Origin: Trichosphaerium sp. ATCC 40318 | Taxonomy: Eukaryota > Protista > Tubulinea | Assembly (NCBI GenBank): GCA_038496445.1 | Contig: JALMLS010000013.1 | Location: 1-64,000, forward strand | Length of the DNA stretch: 64,000 nucleotides | Direction: 5' to 3' | In this document: piece by piece, positions 50,254 to 62,632 of the stretch | Position numbering within the stretch: the stretch's first letter is position 1 | Layout: the number at the start of each line of letters is the position of its first letter | The notes under the pieces: generated by a model | The model's input: only the letters and a program-made list of their open reading frames with translations | The model's database searches: none | What the model was told of the DNA's origin: nothing | Made by a program: the position numbers and the translations under genes

Positions 50254-51153
50254 ATGTCAAATCAAAGGTACAAAACACTTAACTTATGTATTTCGCTGCT
50301 CTAAAATACAAAAAGTGTGCCAACAAGCCTTCTGGAACTGCCGACAGAGATTTTAGCTCATATTTTAAAACAAACAACAAAAGCACGATTTGCAGCATGT
50401 CAAACCTGTCATCGTATGGCTTCAGTCATCCACGACCTTATTGGATATGCCACTGTTACAATTAAAACAATGTCACAAGCGAAGTCACTTCTAAAACACG
50501 CTAGCACTCTTAAGGAAACAAAAGTCAGAATTGTTGATTTTGGTTCTGGTTTTGTGAAAGAGTTTTCTGGTATTCATACAATAGACCTTTCTAAGTGCAA
50601 ACATATTACAGATGAAGGTATAAAAGCTCTTTCAGGTGCTCACACAATAGGTCTATGCTGCTGCTTGGAGATTGGTGATGAAGGTTTCAAAGCACTCTCA
50701 GGTGTACATACAATAGATCTTTCACATTGAAATGTCACAGATGAAGGAATCAAAGCTCTTTCAGGTGCTCACACAATTAACCTTTCTGGGTGTGAACATA
50801 TTACAGATGAAGGTATAAAAGCGCTTTCAGCTGTACACACAATAGATCTTTCTTATTGTAATATCTCAGATGAAGGAATCAAAGCTCTTTCAGGCATTCA
50901 CAAAATTAACCTTTCTGGGTGTGAACATATTACAGATGAAGGTATAAAAGCTCTTTCAGGTGCTCACACAATTAACCTTTGTGAGTGTGAACATATTACA
51001 GATGAAGGAATCAAAGCTCTTTCAGGCGTTCATACAATAATACAACCTCAAAAGCTACTTTTCACTCAACTTACAATGCACTTGAATCAATGTACCAGAC
51101 ACCCTTCCCATGTACCCAGAATTACAATAAGTAAACTATCAACATTTGATTAA
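50254..51153 (+). pseudogene. F-box + LRR gene with a single in-frame TGA (50728-50730)
   Basis: Exon 50254-50267, intron 50268-50315, F-box nearly identical to 7719-8852. After TGA (TGC in homologous repeats) the same frame stays open through about five more LRRs to TAA 51151-51153. Confidence 0.85.
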
Positions 51154-51696
51154 ATCACTTATTCACGACTCCAATGTAACACTACATCATTGACTTGTCT
51201 TGTATCTCTGAAATATTTAAAGGCTGCAGCGACTTTATTAACAGCGACAGTGATACATACTTTCAACACCGTAAAATTTCGCATCAGGTTGTTACCTAAA
51301 ACGTAGTAGAGAATCTGGCGGAACTGGGACTGGCTCTGCTTTTTCACCTTCACACTAACAAAAGCTGTGATTCTGTTTACCATGTTCATTCCTGATACAC
51401 ACCTCTCTTAGATAATTCCACTAGGTATGGGTACAACTTGGACACTGTCCTACCATGCACCTCCGGATTTAGCAAGACTTAAGCAATTTTGGAAAAAGAT
51501 AAGACCACAAAAATGTAATTAAAACTGTATTTCAGGTAAACATTCTATTGAACAAGAAAACAAAGTTTGTCACTTTGATAAAGGTATTTATCATGAGACA
51601 CATACTAGCAATAAGATTTCAACAGCTATTGGGTAGTACAAGTTGAAACATGTACTGTAAGGTGCACACTGATAACTTATTTTTATTTGAAGGACA

Positions 51697-52917
51697 CTAA
51701 TACTCAACACAAATTTGTACACGTTTGTAATCCCATTCATCTATTTCATCATCTTCCCATGACAAATCAGCAATTAAACAACAAAGCTCAGGTTTTAGTG
51801 ATTTTAAGGCGTTTTTTGATATTTCATCAATTTCAAGGGTATGGACACCTTTGAGCGCTTTGATACCTTCATCAGTAATATATTCACAATTGCTCAAGCA
51901 AATGGTATGGATTCCTGCTAAAGCTGTGAGACTTTCATCAGTAATAGAAGTGCCTGAAAGATCAATACAGTGGACACCTTTCAACGCCTTAACATCAGTA
52001 ATCTGTATACATCCACTCAAAGAAATGGTATGTATTCCTGCTAATGCTTTGATACCTTCATTGGTGATATATTCACAGATGCTTAAACAAATAGTATGGT
52101 TTCCTTCCAATGATTTCAGACCCTCATCTGTAACAGAAGTGTCTGTAAGATCAATACTATGGACACCTTTGAGTGCTTTGATCCCATTATCTGATATTGC
52201 TGTGCTCTCAAGAGATATACTATGGACGCCTGTAAGTGCCTTGAGGCTGTTATCTGTTATATTCAAACAATCTTTGAGAATGATTTTATGGACACCTTTT
52301 AAAGCTTCCAATCCTTTATCTGTTATAACTGTGTTACTAACATCAATACAATAAACACCTTTCAAATATTCTAGCCCTCTATCTGTAGTTGAGGTGCTTG
52401 AAAGATTGATTGTATGAACACCTTTCAGCTCTTTTAGACCATCATCAGTTAGTCCATATGGATTCACAGAATTACTTCTAATACCCCGTAAATCAATCTT
52501 GTGTACACCTCTCAGTGCTTTGAGGCCTTGATCAGTTATTTTACAGTAGCTTAAATCAATTGTATGAACACCTGAAATTGCTTGTACATCCCAGTCATCC
52601 ATACGGCAGTTTGGTGATTTAATGTGGTTACACCCAGCTAACAATGAGTATAATTCAGCAGTATGACAGTTCATTACAATTACACTGTTTTTCATTATAC
52701 CTTTGAAATTTCTAGCTCTTAGAATACCTTCAATGTCTGAAAGATACACTTGTTCATAACCAACAATATCATGGATAATATCAGCAATAAGATGGCATGA
52801 TTGGGCAGCCGAAAATCTATCTTCACCTCTGGTGTAACTTAAAATATTTGAAATAACTTCTGGTGGAAAGTCTGCGACTATATTGGGCTCTTTATGTGTT
52901 ATCACGTGCAATGACAT
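51697..52917 (-). CDS. F-box + LRR protein (divergent member)
   Basis: IVADFPPEVISNIL...AAQSCHLIADII F-box and GVHxIDLSxTxITDxGLxAL repeats in a 406-aa uninterrupted ORF. The start is uncertain. Confidence 0.9.
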   Translation of the reverse strand: MSLHVITHKEPNIVADFPPEVISNILSYTRGEDRFSAAQSCHLIADIIHDIVGYEQVYLSDIEGILRARNFKGIMKNSVIVMNCHTAELYSLLAGCNHIKSPNCRMDDWDVQAISGVHTIDLSYCKITDQGLKALRGVHKIDLRGIRSNSVNPYGLTDDGLKELKGVHTINLSSTSTTDRGLEYLKGVYCIDVSNTVITDKGLEALKGVHKIILKDCLNITDNSLKALTGVHSISLESTAISDNGIKALKGVHSIDLTDTSVTDEGLKSLEGNHTICLSICEYITNEGIKALAGIHTISLSGCIQITDVKALKGVHCIDLSGTSITDESLTALAGIHTICLSNCEYITDEGIKALKGVHTLEIDEISKNALKSLKPELCCLIADLSWEDDEIDEWDYKRVQICVEY

Positions 52918-53174
52918 ACTTTAAAAAAATGAGCGAAACAAACAATTGTTGGAAAAGGAAAGAAAGGTTAGCAACTCATGTCACTTTATGCAACACAGTT
53001 ATTTTTTTTGAACGTTTATGTCGTCGGGTTTCATTTAAAACAGGGACATTTTTTGGACAAGAGCATAAAATTTTGAGTTTTCTAGGCGCCTATACAATCA
53101 CTTACAACATTTTGTTGTACTAAGAAATGGAACGTAATTGGTTGTTTTACGGGACGTTGCCTACCTAAGAAAAC

Positions 53175-53666
53175 TCATAATTTTATGCTCGTCCAAACTT
53201 TTCTTTTTATCCAGCGTTTTTGCTTTGTAGTTATCTTTAGGCATAAAGTATTCAATACAACAGTTCTTAGCCAATAACAAAGTCCCGGTTTTAAATGAAA
53301 GTCGACATATGTTTTAAGATATTTGAGTAAGAGCTTATGTAGAAAACAGTGGTGTTTAAATTGAGACTCAAAAAAAAAGACCAAATGTTGGTTGTTTTGC
53401 TTTTGACAAAAATTGAAGTTCACGTACTCTCTGCTAGGCGAATGACATTTAGTTTCCTGATTACGTTTTAATTGGCCGTTCTTTGTAAATTTACGTATGG
53501 ACATATCGAGTTGCTGTGTAAGGGTTGTATTTGATTCATGTAAAACACTTTCAAGATGATTTATGAATGTTTCGTGTTTTCTCGACTTAATCCAAGCTAA
53601 AGCATCTGGATGGGTCTCACGAAGGTACATAAGTGCTTGTTCTACTGAAACACCACAGAAATTCAT
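53175..53666 (-). CDS. Hypothetical protein (probably intron-containing)
   Basis: 163-aa ATG ORF with an internal GTACGT donor-like site. No family recognised. Confidence 0.4.
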   Translation of the reverse strand: MNFCGVSVEQALMYLRETHPDALAWIKSRKHETFINHLESVLHESNTTLTQQLDMSIRKFTKNGQLKRNQETKCHSPSREYVNFNFCQKQNNQHLVFFFESQFKHHCFLHKLLLKYLKTYVDFHLKPGLCYWLRTVVLNTLCLKITTKQKRWIKRKVWTSIKL

Positions 53667-53837
53667 TATTTGCTGCGTTGGGGGGTTGTAATGGCGAATT
53701 TAAGGGATGACTTAAGTTACAACAATGGCCTTCATTTCACAGTTTCACACGTGATTTATTCGCTCGAACCCAAATTAGCAGTGCAACGTAGTTATATTAT
53801 TGAAGTGTAAACAGACTCAGGCAACATGTCGATGAAG

Positions 53838-53983
53838 GGGTTTGCACTACATTTCGCGAAATTTGGCGGCATGGTATTTCTTCGAAATCTGCTCTTTTGG
53901 ACCTTTGTACGACATTTTTGCAGAAAACAGCACATTTTTAGTCAATCGTGGCTCTAATCAATTTCGAAAAGTAGTGCAAACCC
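53838..53983. mobile_element. 146-bp MITE, second copy, 3-bp TSD (AAG)
   Basis: AAG|GGGTTTGCACTAC...GTAGTGCAAACCC|AAG. Internal sequence aligns with 34374-34522. Confidence 0.9.
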
Positions 53984-54499
53984 AAGGCATGGGAAATAGC
54001 AGTCTACCAAGCTACTATTGCTGAACAGGTTTAACAGCTTTTATGACTCATTTGTTACTTAGTCAGGGCAGTATGGTAGAAGCTGTAGAATTGCTAGTAG
54101 CCATAGTAAAAGAAGATGGCAAAGTGTTAAAGATAAATCTTGTTTTGGTTGCCTTTTCCAATGTTGTACAAGCGTTGAGGGCTTCACATTGAAACATAAA
54201 CAAATAAAATTACTATTAGTATGTATGAACTTAACAAACAAAAGGAAGTTGGCTACCAGTACTTTCCATCTGTGAGCATTGTTTGACTCTGCAAGCAATC
54301 CCATTGCGGTAAGAAGAATAAAGCGGAATAGTATGTTGGTAAGAAGTCACTTGTTTGTTACTGATCGTGAGTGTTATTTAAGGAGACGCTTAATGTGAAA
54401 TTAAAAGACCGTTATATCAAGACATAGCCATATTTACTAGGAGTACAAAGGAAGCACGTGCGGGGGTTTTAAGTACTGCTTGTGGAATACAAGAAGTTG

Positions 54500-57400
54500 T
54501 CATTTTTCATTAAGTTTTTGATTCAAATGCTTAACTTGCTGCTCGAGCATCTCAACTTTTTGTCTTAGTGTAATATTCTCTTGCCTTAGGTTTTCAATAT
54601 CACTTTTCTTTGTTAAAACAAGCGTTTTCGATATAGTCTGATGAGGAACTTCAGATTTTGTTTGTTCTTCTTCTGTTCCCCAAAGTGATCTATTTGTATT
54701 AGTTTGTACTACGAAGAGGCAATGCGATGTTTTTGTGTACCTGGTAATCAGCGGATTCTCGTCTTCACCTTCTGAGAGATCATCAAGGTCATCTTCTGCT
54801 ATTGTATCCTCTTCAGAACGGTATTCATCATCTACAGGTACATTTTCGACTGAAAGGACTTGCCCCTCGTCTGTAGACACATCTTTTTCTGATGGAATAT
54901 TTTCATCTTCATTCTCCAGCAGCTCTTCTTCTTTTACCAATAGAAGATTCTCATTATCACCAGAAGTGATCTCTTCTGTTGTAGAAACAGGATCGGTTTC
55001 AAGTGTGGCTTCTGTTTGATCACCATTGGTATCATTAGCTGTGTTAGCAATCACTGCAGATTTGACTTTCTTTGTTTTTTCTGTTTTATCAACCAAAGTA
55101 AGCGCATATAGCGGTACAACTTGTGCATCTTCAAAAAAAGGTATCAGTAGAGAATACTAAAGAATAACTAATAGTTGATACCTTGGCATACAACAAGCTC
55201 ATCTCTAGTAGCTTTCTGCAATCTATTTATTTTCGTCACTGGTAGTCCTCTTGTGTTAACTATAACGTAATGACTCTGATACCCTGGGATGATAGGTAAT
55301 CCAAGCAACCCTCCAGGTGCATTGTCATTGGTAAGAGGTTTTTCTGTAACCTGCAATGTCACACTGGTTAGCTCAAAGAAAAAAACATTACTGAAATTGA
55401 AGCGTACTGGATATACATTACCGGGAATGACCATGGATAGTATAAGAGTTTTCTCCGTAGACCTTGAATACTTTAGAGCATAGGGAATATTACTCTATTT
55501 AAAACAATGTTAGAAGGAACTAACTAAAAGATGCAGTACGGTGAAGTAAATTCCCTGTCCATACCATCCTATTAATTGTCAATTATGATCAACCTTTGTA
55601 CTTTGCTAACTACTAGTACCTGGGTCTAAAGAAGCTATGGTTCCAAATCCACTACAAAGCAAACTATTCAAAGCACCATGTGATGTACCATGGGCAACGA
55701 GGATACGTGGAAGCTAATAAACGACTTAAAAAAAAAGGAGAAAAAACGAATGAAGTACTTCACAAGCTGGTAGATTTCTATTCCATTCAAACTTGTTAAC
55801 TAATTCTTGATACCTATCATGTACAGCTGTCCGTAACTTCGCATCAATCTCATTCTTCCAAGTCATCTTGCGAAAATATTGTGGTGCATCCCTAGAGTAT
55901 TTTTAATACTATCTCCAGAAGTCCACGTGAGAAATCAACACAAATAAAGTGTCACTTCAAACAATTTTCTTCCAAAAAAATAAGCAGTTTCACAAGCTTT
56001 ACGTACTTGTGGCGTCTTTGATACATTGTTGCACAATGTTCAGTAATATCAAGGAGTCTATTATTTCTTACCATTCTTGCTTTAACAATCTTCATATTCC
56101 TTAAACCGCCAAGCTTTTCAATATAACTATTTAAAGTTCTCATTGCATTCGGATAGTCTAATATATCGAGCGATTGGTAAGCTCCTAATCCCCACTTATG
56201 GTTGGACATAACATATCTAAGTAACCGTGAACTCTTCCATGGTTTAAAGCAATCAAGACTTGTATGCTTTTGAAACTTTTCAGGTCTTACTACACCGCAA
56301 CGCTTGTAGCATGTTTCGTTACTACAAGCACAGAAAGCTTTCTTTTCCTCCAAATTTCCCGTTGATGAGGTGTCCTTACAAACACCAGAACATGATTTGC
56401 AATGAAAGACATCACTGCCACGTGTGAAAAGTCAGAACACGAACGCCGTTTTAAAACGAAAACCAAAAAAAACGCTTTGCTCACCCATTTCCAATCATTT
56501 TTTGACTCATGGGCTTATCTCCTGTAACCATGTATGTGCATAAACTGTAGTTGTGACATAGTTCTTTTGTAATTAGCAAGACTCTACATAATAATAACCA
56601 TTTGGTACCCAAAAGTGCTTCTTCGGTGCAAGGACTTCCAGTACAAACCTCCTCAATCTTTGCTGTGTACTTTGAAGGTAAAAAGTGTTGTATCATATGC
56701 ATTATATTATACAAAGGTTCTTTCCAAAAGTCCTAAGCGCTTTGTTAAGACATAATAAAACATTCAAATCACGTGACTGAGTTGTGTATTAAGAAGGGAT
56801 GAAATCTACTCATGTGATAAAAAAGATCTCTTTTGAAAAGAGATATTATTCTTTCTTCTGTCCAAGTACGCTATTTAAGTCAGCGTTATGTTTAACTAAT
56901 ACCAAGAAAGTACTGGGTCTCTCATATCAGATAAACATCGCAATTGCTTTATTTCTGCTCCTGCTTGCAAAAGCAAAAGTGCAGACTCTATCTTTTTCGC
57001 TTAAGAATAAAGTGAGAAATATTTTAGTTCGCTTGTTGTTACCTTTGCATAAAGGAGTTAAACCTTTCTTATCAGCTATATTACAATCTGCGCCAGATTT
57101 CAGTAGCGCTTCAACCACATCACAATGCCCGAATTGAGCTAAACCAAATAAGAAAGTAGGTTGCGTTTTTTGAATACCTGCTAATGAAAGCGCTGTTATG
57201 CCGTCCACATCAACACTGTCTATTCTTACTTCGTCCTTCAATAGCACTTCAACTGCACCTTTACTACCAGCAGAAGCTATTTAACGCTTAGTGATTTGTA
57301 GTAATAAGAAAGGTGTTTTTACACGTACCTGCAGCGTGTAAGGATGTAGTTCCTGTTTCTGTACAACTGAAATTACAATCAGCTCCTTTCCTAAGCATCA

Positions 57401-58588
57401 ACGACAACATAGTTGTATTGTTTGCAGCAGCTGTACTATAAGTGAGCATTACGTATATATCCAGTATAGTTTACCAGCTGCACATAACGCTGTCCTAGTC
57501 ACTTTTTTCTGACCTAAGAAGTTGCAATCTGCTCCTGACTTTACGAACGCTTCAACAATTTTACAAGAATTGGAATCAACTGCAATGCATAAAGGTTAGA
57601 TACTTACTTTGTAATAAGTGGTATTACCAGCAAGGAGAAAGGGTGTGATTCCTTGGCAATCAACCTGGTTACAATTTGCACCAGCTTCAATAAGTAAAGT
57701 AACAACATCGATATTTTTATCGCCACCCCTTACTAAGAAAAAAAACGTTATTAAATACATTGTTAAGCAAACTACACATTTCTTGTATCTTGAGTACCTG
57801 CGAAGAAAAGTGGTGTTTTGTCGTTATAATCTTGTATATCACATTCTGCACCAGCCTTTAAAAACAGCGAAGCGCTACCATGACATCCAACTTTAGCTAT
57901 AAAAAAATATTATTAGTTTCGAATTAACACCTTACAATCTTGTTAAGCAAATACCGTGCCTGCAATATGTAATGGCGTCTTTCCGGATATATCAGCAACA
58001 CTACAATCAGCGTCATGCTCCAGTAATAGTGCTGATACCTTACAATGCGCATGGCGAGCTTATTTAAATAAGCAAACATAACAAACAGTTTTTTACAACG
58101 TGAAATAAACACTTGCCTGTAAGAAATAGAGGAGTCCTCAATCTCATGTCATAGGCATTACAAGATGCTCCTGATTCAATAAGAACTTCAGCAATCTCAT
58201 AATAGCCCTTATCAGCTTAGTAAGGAGGTAAGTTCAAGAGTAATTCTTTCCACACGTTTTTCCGTACAAGCAAAATGTAAAGGTGTTTTTCCAGTTTTAT
58301 CTGCGTTATTACAATCAGCCCCTGCGTCTATCAATGCCCTAATCTGTACTATATCTCCTTCCCTTACTACATACGAATTATGGATTACGAAAACAGAATT
58401 TCAGACTTACATACCCGCGTTTATTAAAGGTGTACGGCCAAACTCATCAGGAAGTTCGCATAGAGGTATAATGTGCTGTTTTGAACAAATAATGATTTAA
58501 GCACGTGGTTTGATAGTTAACGATGTTTAGATACCTCTTTTAGCTTATGTTTATGCTTTTTAATCAAGTGTGGCGGAATATTACCCAT
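54500..58588 (-). CDS. Ankyrin-repeat + Cys-rich + PARP-like (ARTD) catalytic domain protein with acidic/coiled-coil tail
   Basis: MGNIPP start, ~9 ankyrin exons (GxTPLxxA), then VAHGTS, SGFGTIASLDPGWYGQGIYFT, PYALKY, SMVIPGNVYPV, GYQSHYV, DELVV (H-Y-E triad). Confidence 0.87.
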
Positions 58589-58695
58589 GTACTGCTTAAT
58601 ACAGTCTAGAAACAGAAAATAGAAAACACTTGACTGTGAAACGCCTACAATTGATTCTTAAGTCACACAGCGATTTATCTAAAAAGCTGGTAGGT

Positions 58696-61674
58696 CTACA
58701 GCGGTCCAATTAGTGTTACTTGATTTGAGTCTAAAGTCACCAACTTGAAACGACTGAGCGACTTGAACGTTTCAAAGTAGATGACAATTTCGTTTGAACC
58801 GTTTACATGAGATTGGAGAGACATGACAAAAATCAAACAAGCATTCGTTGCATTGAACCTCCAAATTGTTGTGCATCGAATGAACCACACTGCTTGTTGT
58901 TGACCTTCAACTACCTACCCTCAGAAAATGTTTACAAGTACAATCGAACTCTGTCTACAATAGTGTACTAATAACTGGTTGCTCTTTTTATTGTCTATTT
59001 GTTAATTAATTTACTTTAGTGTGTAACATCTACATGATATGTATCGGTACTAACTCTGTAGGGATCAATACGGACAATACGTCGATAAGGGCGAGTATGT
59101 CTACAAAGTATAAGATTATTACCATCAACAACCTTTATCCATTGAACAAAAAAACCAGCTTTTCGTATTTTTTCGTTTCCTATCAATAGTGTTTTTGTTA
59201 AGAGACTGTATACCCAACATGCTTCATCAAAAGTTACAATAACAATAAGATTGTTCTTAAAGTCAATGTGGCCAAACATGATACCACGTTTTGTCTTGTT
59301 TTCCATTTTCCATCTAACTTTGCGTGACTTGAGATCAATTAAGGTGAGTTCTTTGTCTCCACAGATGAATAATAAACCTGTAAGAAAAAGCAGTGAGTAA
59401 CCAAACATAGTTAACTAGTTAACATCGAATAAAAAACCAATACAAAGACAAGCCTGACTAGGAAAAAACAAACAGAAAAATTATCAAATCCAACAGGTTT
59501 TTTTTACAACTCACAGAAAAGACCTAACGTTTTATTTCGCTTTTATAAATAAGTGTTTTCAAGATGTGGAGAGGTGGAGGTGAAAAGGCGTAGAATTTGA
59601 ACAAGTAGAACTGTAAATAAATGATGGATGTAACCAAACAATCTTGCTTTGAACAATGCTAGCCTCCAAAAAAAAAGTAAAATTTGACAAAGCAACATAC
59701 CTTGTTTTTTGTAGTACTGCGAGTCGTGCGATCGATTGGGAGGCCCTATATCAAATTCCTCTATTTTATCACTACCTAGCCAACCTATGCGCACGCTATA
59801 CTGATAATAATTTGGATTTTCATAAACCATAGTAAAAAAAGCCAGATGGCTTTCTGTTGCTTTATACATCTTGAACTCTATTATATTCTCATTTCCGGAC
59901 ATAAATACTGTGGGCTCCATAAATGTCTAATAAAGAATAAGCTTGCGCAATAAAACAGCATAACAGATGAGCATGGAAAGAATAGAATGCAAAACATACT
60001 AAAAAAATCACAGAAAAAAAAACCACATACCTTTTGCTTTTTATCCCAAGCATAGGAGTCTAAATGCCAATCACTACCGTTTGGAAATTTTAGAACATAT
60101 ACTTTATATTTATCAAGACCTATTAATACACGGCTATTGACACTTTCTGTAGCGAATAAAACATGTGACTCTAAATTCCTGAATAACTATTAGGAAGAAC
60201 CCAGATTTTCTAAACAATCACATACGACCACTTGCAGTAGTATCCTGATGGACGAATATAATAATTAACAGTCTTAACATTTCTTCCATACTAATAAATC
60301 ACATTAATACCAATAACACGTGCAAACTTAAAAGATGTTATGACTAAAAAAAAGTACCTCTAAAACAACAATAAAGTTATGGTTGACAACAACATCAATC
60401 GGATAACAATACATGTTTAGTGTTTGAGTCAAATTTCTATCTCCTCCTTTCCCTGTTTCATATCCTGCCACAAAACGCTTAGACCCGCCCAAAGAAGCTA
60501 TAGCAACTGTGACTTTCTTATTTTTTTCTAAAAGCTCCAGGATTAGAAAAAAAAAGTAAATGAGAAAGTCTTATCGTACCATCTGTATCAACCTGCATCT
60601 CTATCACTTTAGTAAACTTTTTTGTTATATCTTCATATTTTAAGCGCCTTATAAGACTTGAAGTGTGTACACGCTGTTCTTTTATCGTATACACGGGTGT
60701 AGGAAACTTTTGCTTTGTGTACAAACTTTGATTTTGATTGTACTGTGTTTCTGCCCTTTGTTTATGTGGTGTTAAACAAACAACACGTGCTTGTTTTAAT
60801 TCATCATGATACGAGATATAACAACTTGGATAGTAATGGGTAGCTACTAGAGGCTTTGCTGTTAAAAATCGTCTATGCTGAATTAGCTGAAACCATGTCA
60901 CGTGTTTATAACAAACATAATTTAAAAAAAAAAGCAGAAAAAAAAAAGAAAAAAAAGAATATTCTCTTCGTCTTCATTACCTAAGCCATGAATTTGCAGC
61001 AAGCATCAATAAACACTTTAATATGTATTAGTACTTTAATTGAGGTTTGAGTAGTAGGTCAAGATGTACCTTTGTTTTCCAATCTTTGAACGGAGCAGGA
61101 GAATTATCGTTATTTCCTTGATACTTTTTCCAAAACATGTCGTCTTGTACAACACTATGCCATGATCTGCAGACAAACCTAGTATGTTTTATGAGAATAA
61201 AACAACCTTGAGGAAAAGAGATACGCACTCGAGTTGTCGAAAACTTCCCAAAGGCAAGAATTGCCAAATAACACAAACACATTCAATTGGCAAAATCTCG
61301 ACAATGTCCATATTTTCTAGGGTCTCAGTATCTTGAGCTTGTAGTTTTGTTGTTGTTGTAGGTGTTTGAATTGTTTTTGGAGCGTCATCTGTTGGCTTAG
61401 AGGTTGTAGGCTTTGGTTTCTTTTTTGTATTTTTTTTTCTATTTCTCTGCTTTTTTTTACTGAACGGGTTAACTATTACAGCAAGCGTTAGCATTATGGC
61501 GAAATTACGACAACCAAACCAAGAGGAATGTCGCTTAAACGTTTTTTTTCGTTCTAAACGTTTAAAGACGTAAAAACAGTGATTGACGCAGGAAAACGTA
61601 TCTCGCGAGAAGGAAGAGGTTTTGTGAGGTTCAAAAATGCTTTTAGTGTCAAATAATACACGTACACGGCTCAT
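58696..61674 (-). CDS. F-box protein with beta-rich (propeller-like) C-terminal region, multi-exon
   Basis: DIVEILPIECVCVIWQFL...LEC|VCRSWHSVVQDDMFWKKY F-box, followed by beta-rich exons. The start is uncertain (61674 or 61311). Confidence 0.7.
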
Positions 61675-62330
61675 CAAGATCCCACTCGGCCATTGTGTCA
61701 ACCAAACGGCGGTACGCTGACTTTTTGTAAGAAATTAGCTGACTATTGCAAATTGTCATTTTTTTAAATGTGATCTACCCTCACGCCTGTCCAGTGAATC
61801 CAACCGTTTCAAACCCACGTGATTTAACAAACCCCAGAGCAAACTTTTTTATTTACATATTTGACGCCTAGCGGCGTTTACAAAGCCTACAGCAACGCTG
61901 GTGGTGTCTTGGGGCGGTTTTGACGTTGTTACACCTTCATTGCTGCTTGGATGCTACCATAGCGCTTCTGTTAGCGTGGGGTAGGCGCTAGCGTAGCGCT
62001 AGTAAGTTATACACGTACGTTGATTTTTTGAAGCAAAACATACAGCAAACAGTGTTTGAGGCATTCATACCGTGTTTGGCGGTAATGCGATAGCTTTGTA
62101 GGACATCATACCTTTTTAATTCGCTTTTAGCGCATTGAACACCTCTGTGGTTTGATCGTACCGTGTACAGTTGGCGTAGGTAAAATACTGCGATCATCAA
62201 TGGTATGTTGAAACTTACATTGAAAATTTTGCTATCACTTACCGTAAGGTACCTAAGTCATACAATGAAGGACAACATTGTAACACAATAGTTCACATTG
62301 TGATAGATCTACACCATTTGACAGAAGTGT

Positions 62331-62413
62331 CAGATCTTGCTAGATCTGCTAAAAGTGCTAAAAACTCACTTTCTAGAAAATATTAGTAAAACTTGAATGA
62401 GACAGACAATATT
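62331..62413. repeat. Degenerate right end of the 264-bp TIR element
   Basis: AAACTTGAATGAGACAGACAATATT matches AAACTTGAATGATACGGACAATATT at 23/25, with a similar AGATCT...AGATCTG doublet upstream. Confidence 0.55.
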
Positions 62414-62632
62414 TTATAAAAACAGATTTGACTGCAAAATATCAAGTTGTCAACGTAAGATTTTTTGGGACATTTGCTTCATTCTGTTTAGTTAATAGAT
62501 AATCTCTCAAGTAACATTATCATGCAGATCATTTCAAGTACAGAAAAGACTACTTGAGGCATTATTTGGGGTGCAAAGAAGTGCAATACTCGAAGAAAAT
62601 AAAAAGCTTGTAAGATTAATCATTTAGTTTGT

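Noticed and set aside
51851-52354. 167-aa plus-strand repetitive ORF (similar ones at 33373-33585 and 63240-63422)
   Set aside because: Antisense frames of LRR arrays, kept open by repeat codon usage.
54735-55019. Ser-rich plus-strand ORF
   Set aside because: Antisense of the acidic (GAA/GAT-rich) tail of the ankyrin-PARP gene.
61860-62010. GC-richer stretch with short palindromes (GCGCTAGCGTAGCGCTAG) as a structured RNA
   Set aside because: No tRNA, snRNA or snoRNA hallmarks recognised. An Rfam scan would be needed.
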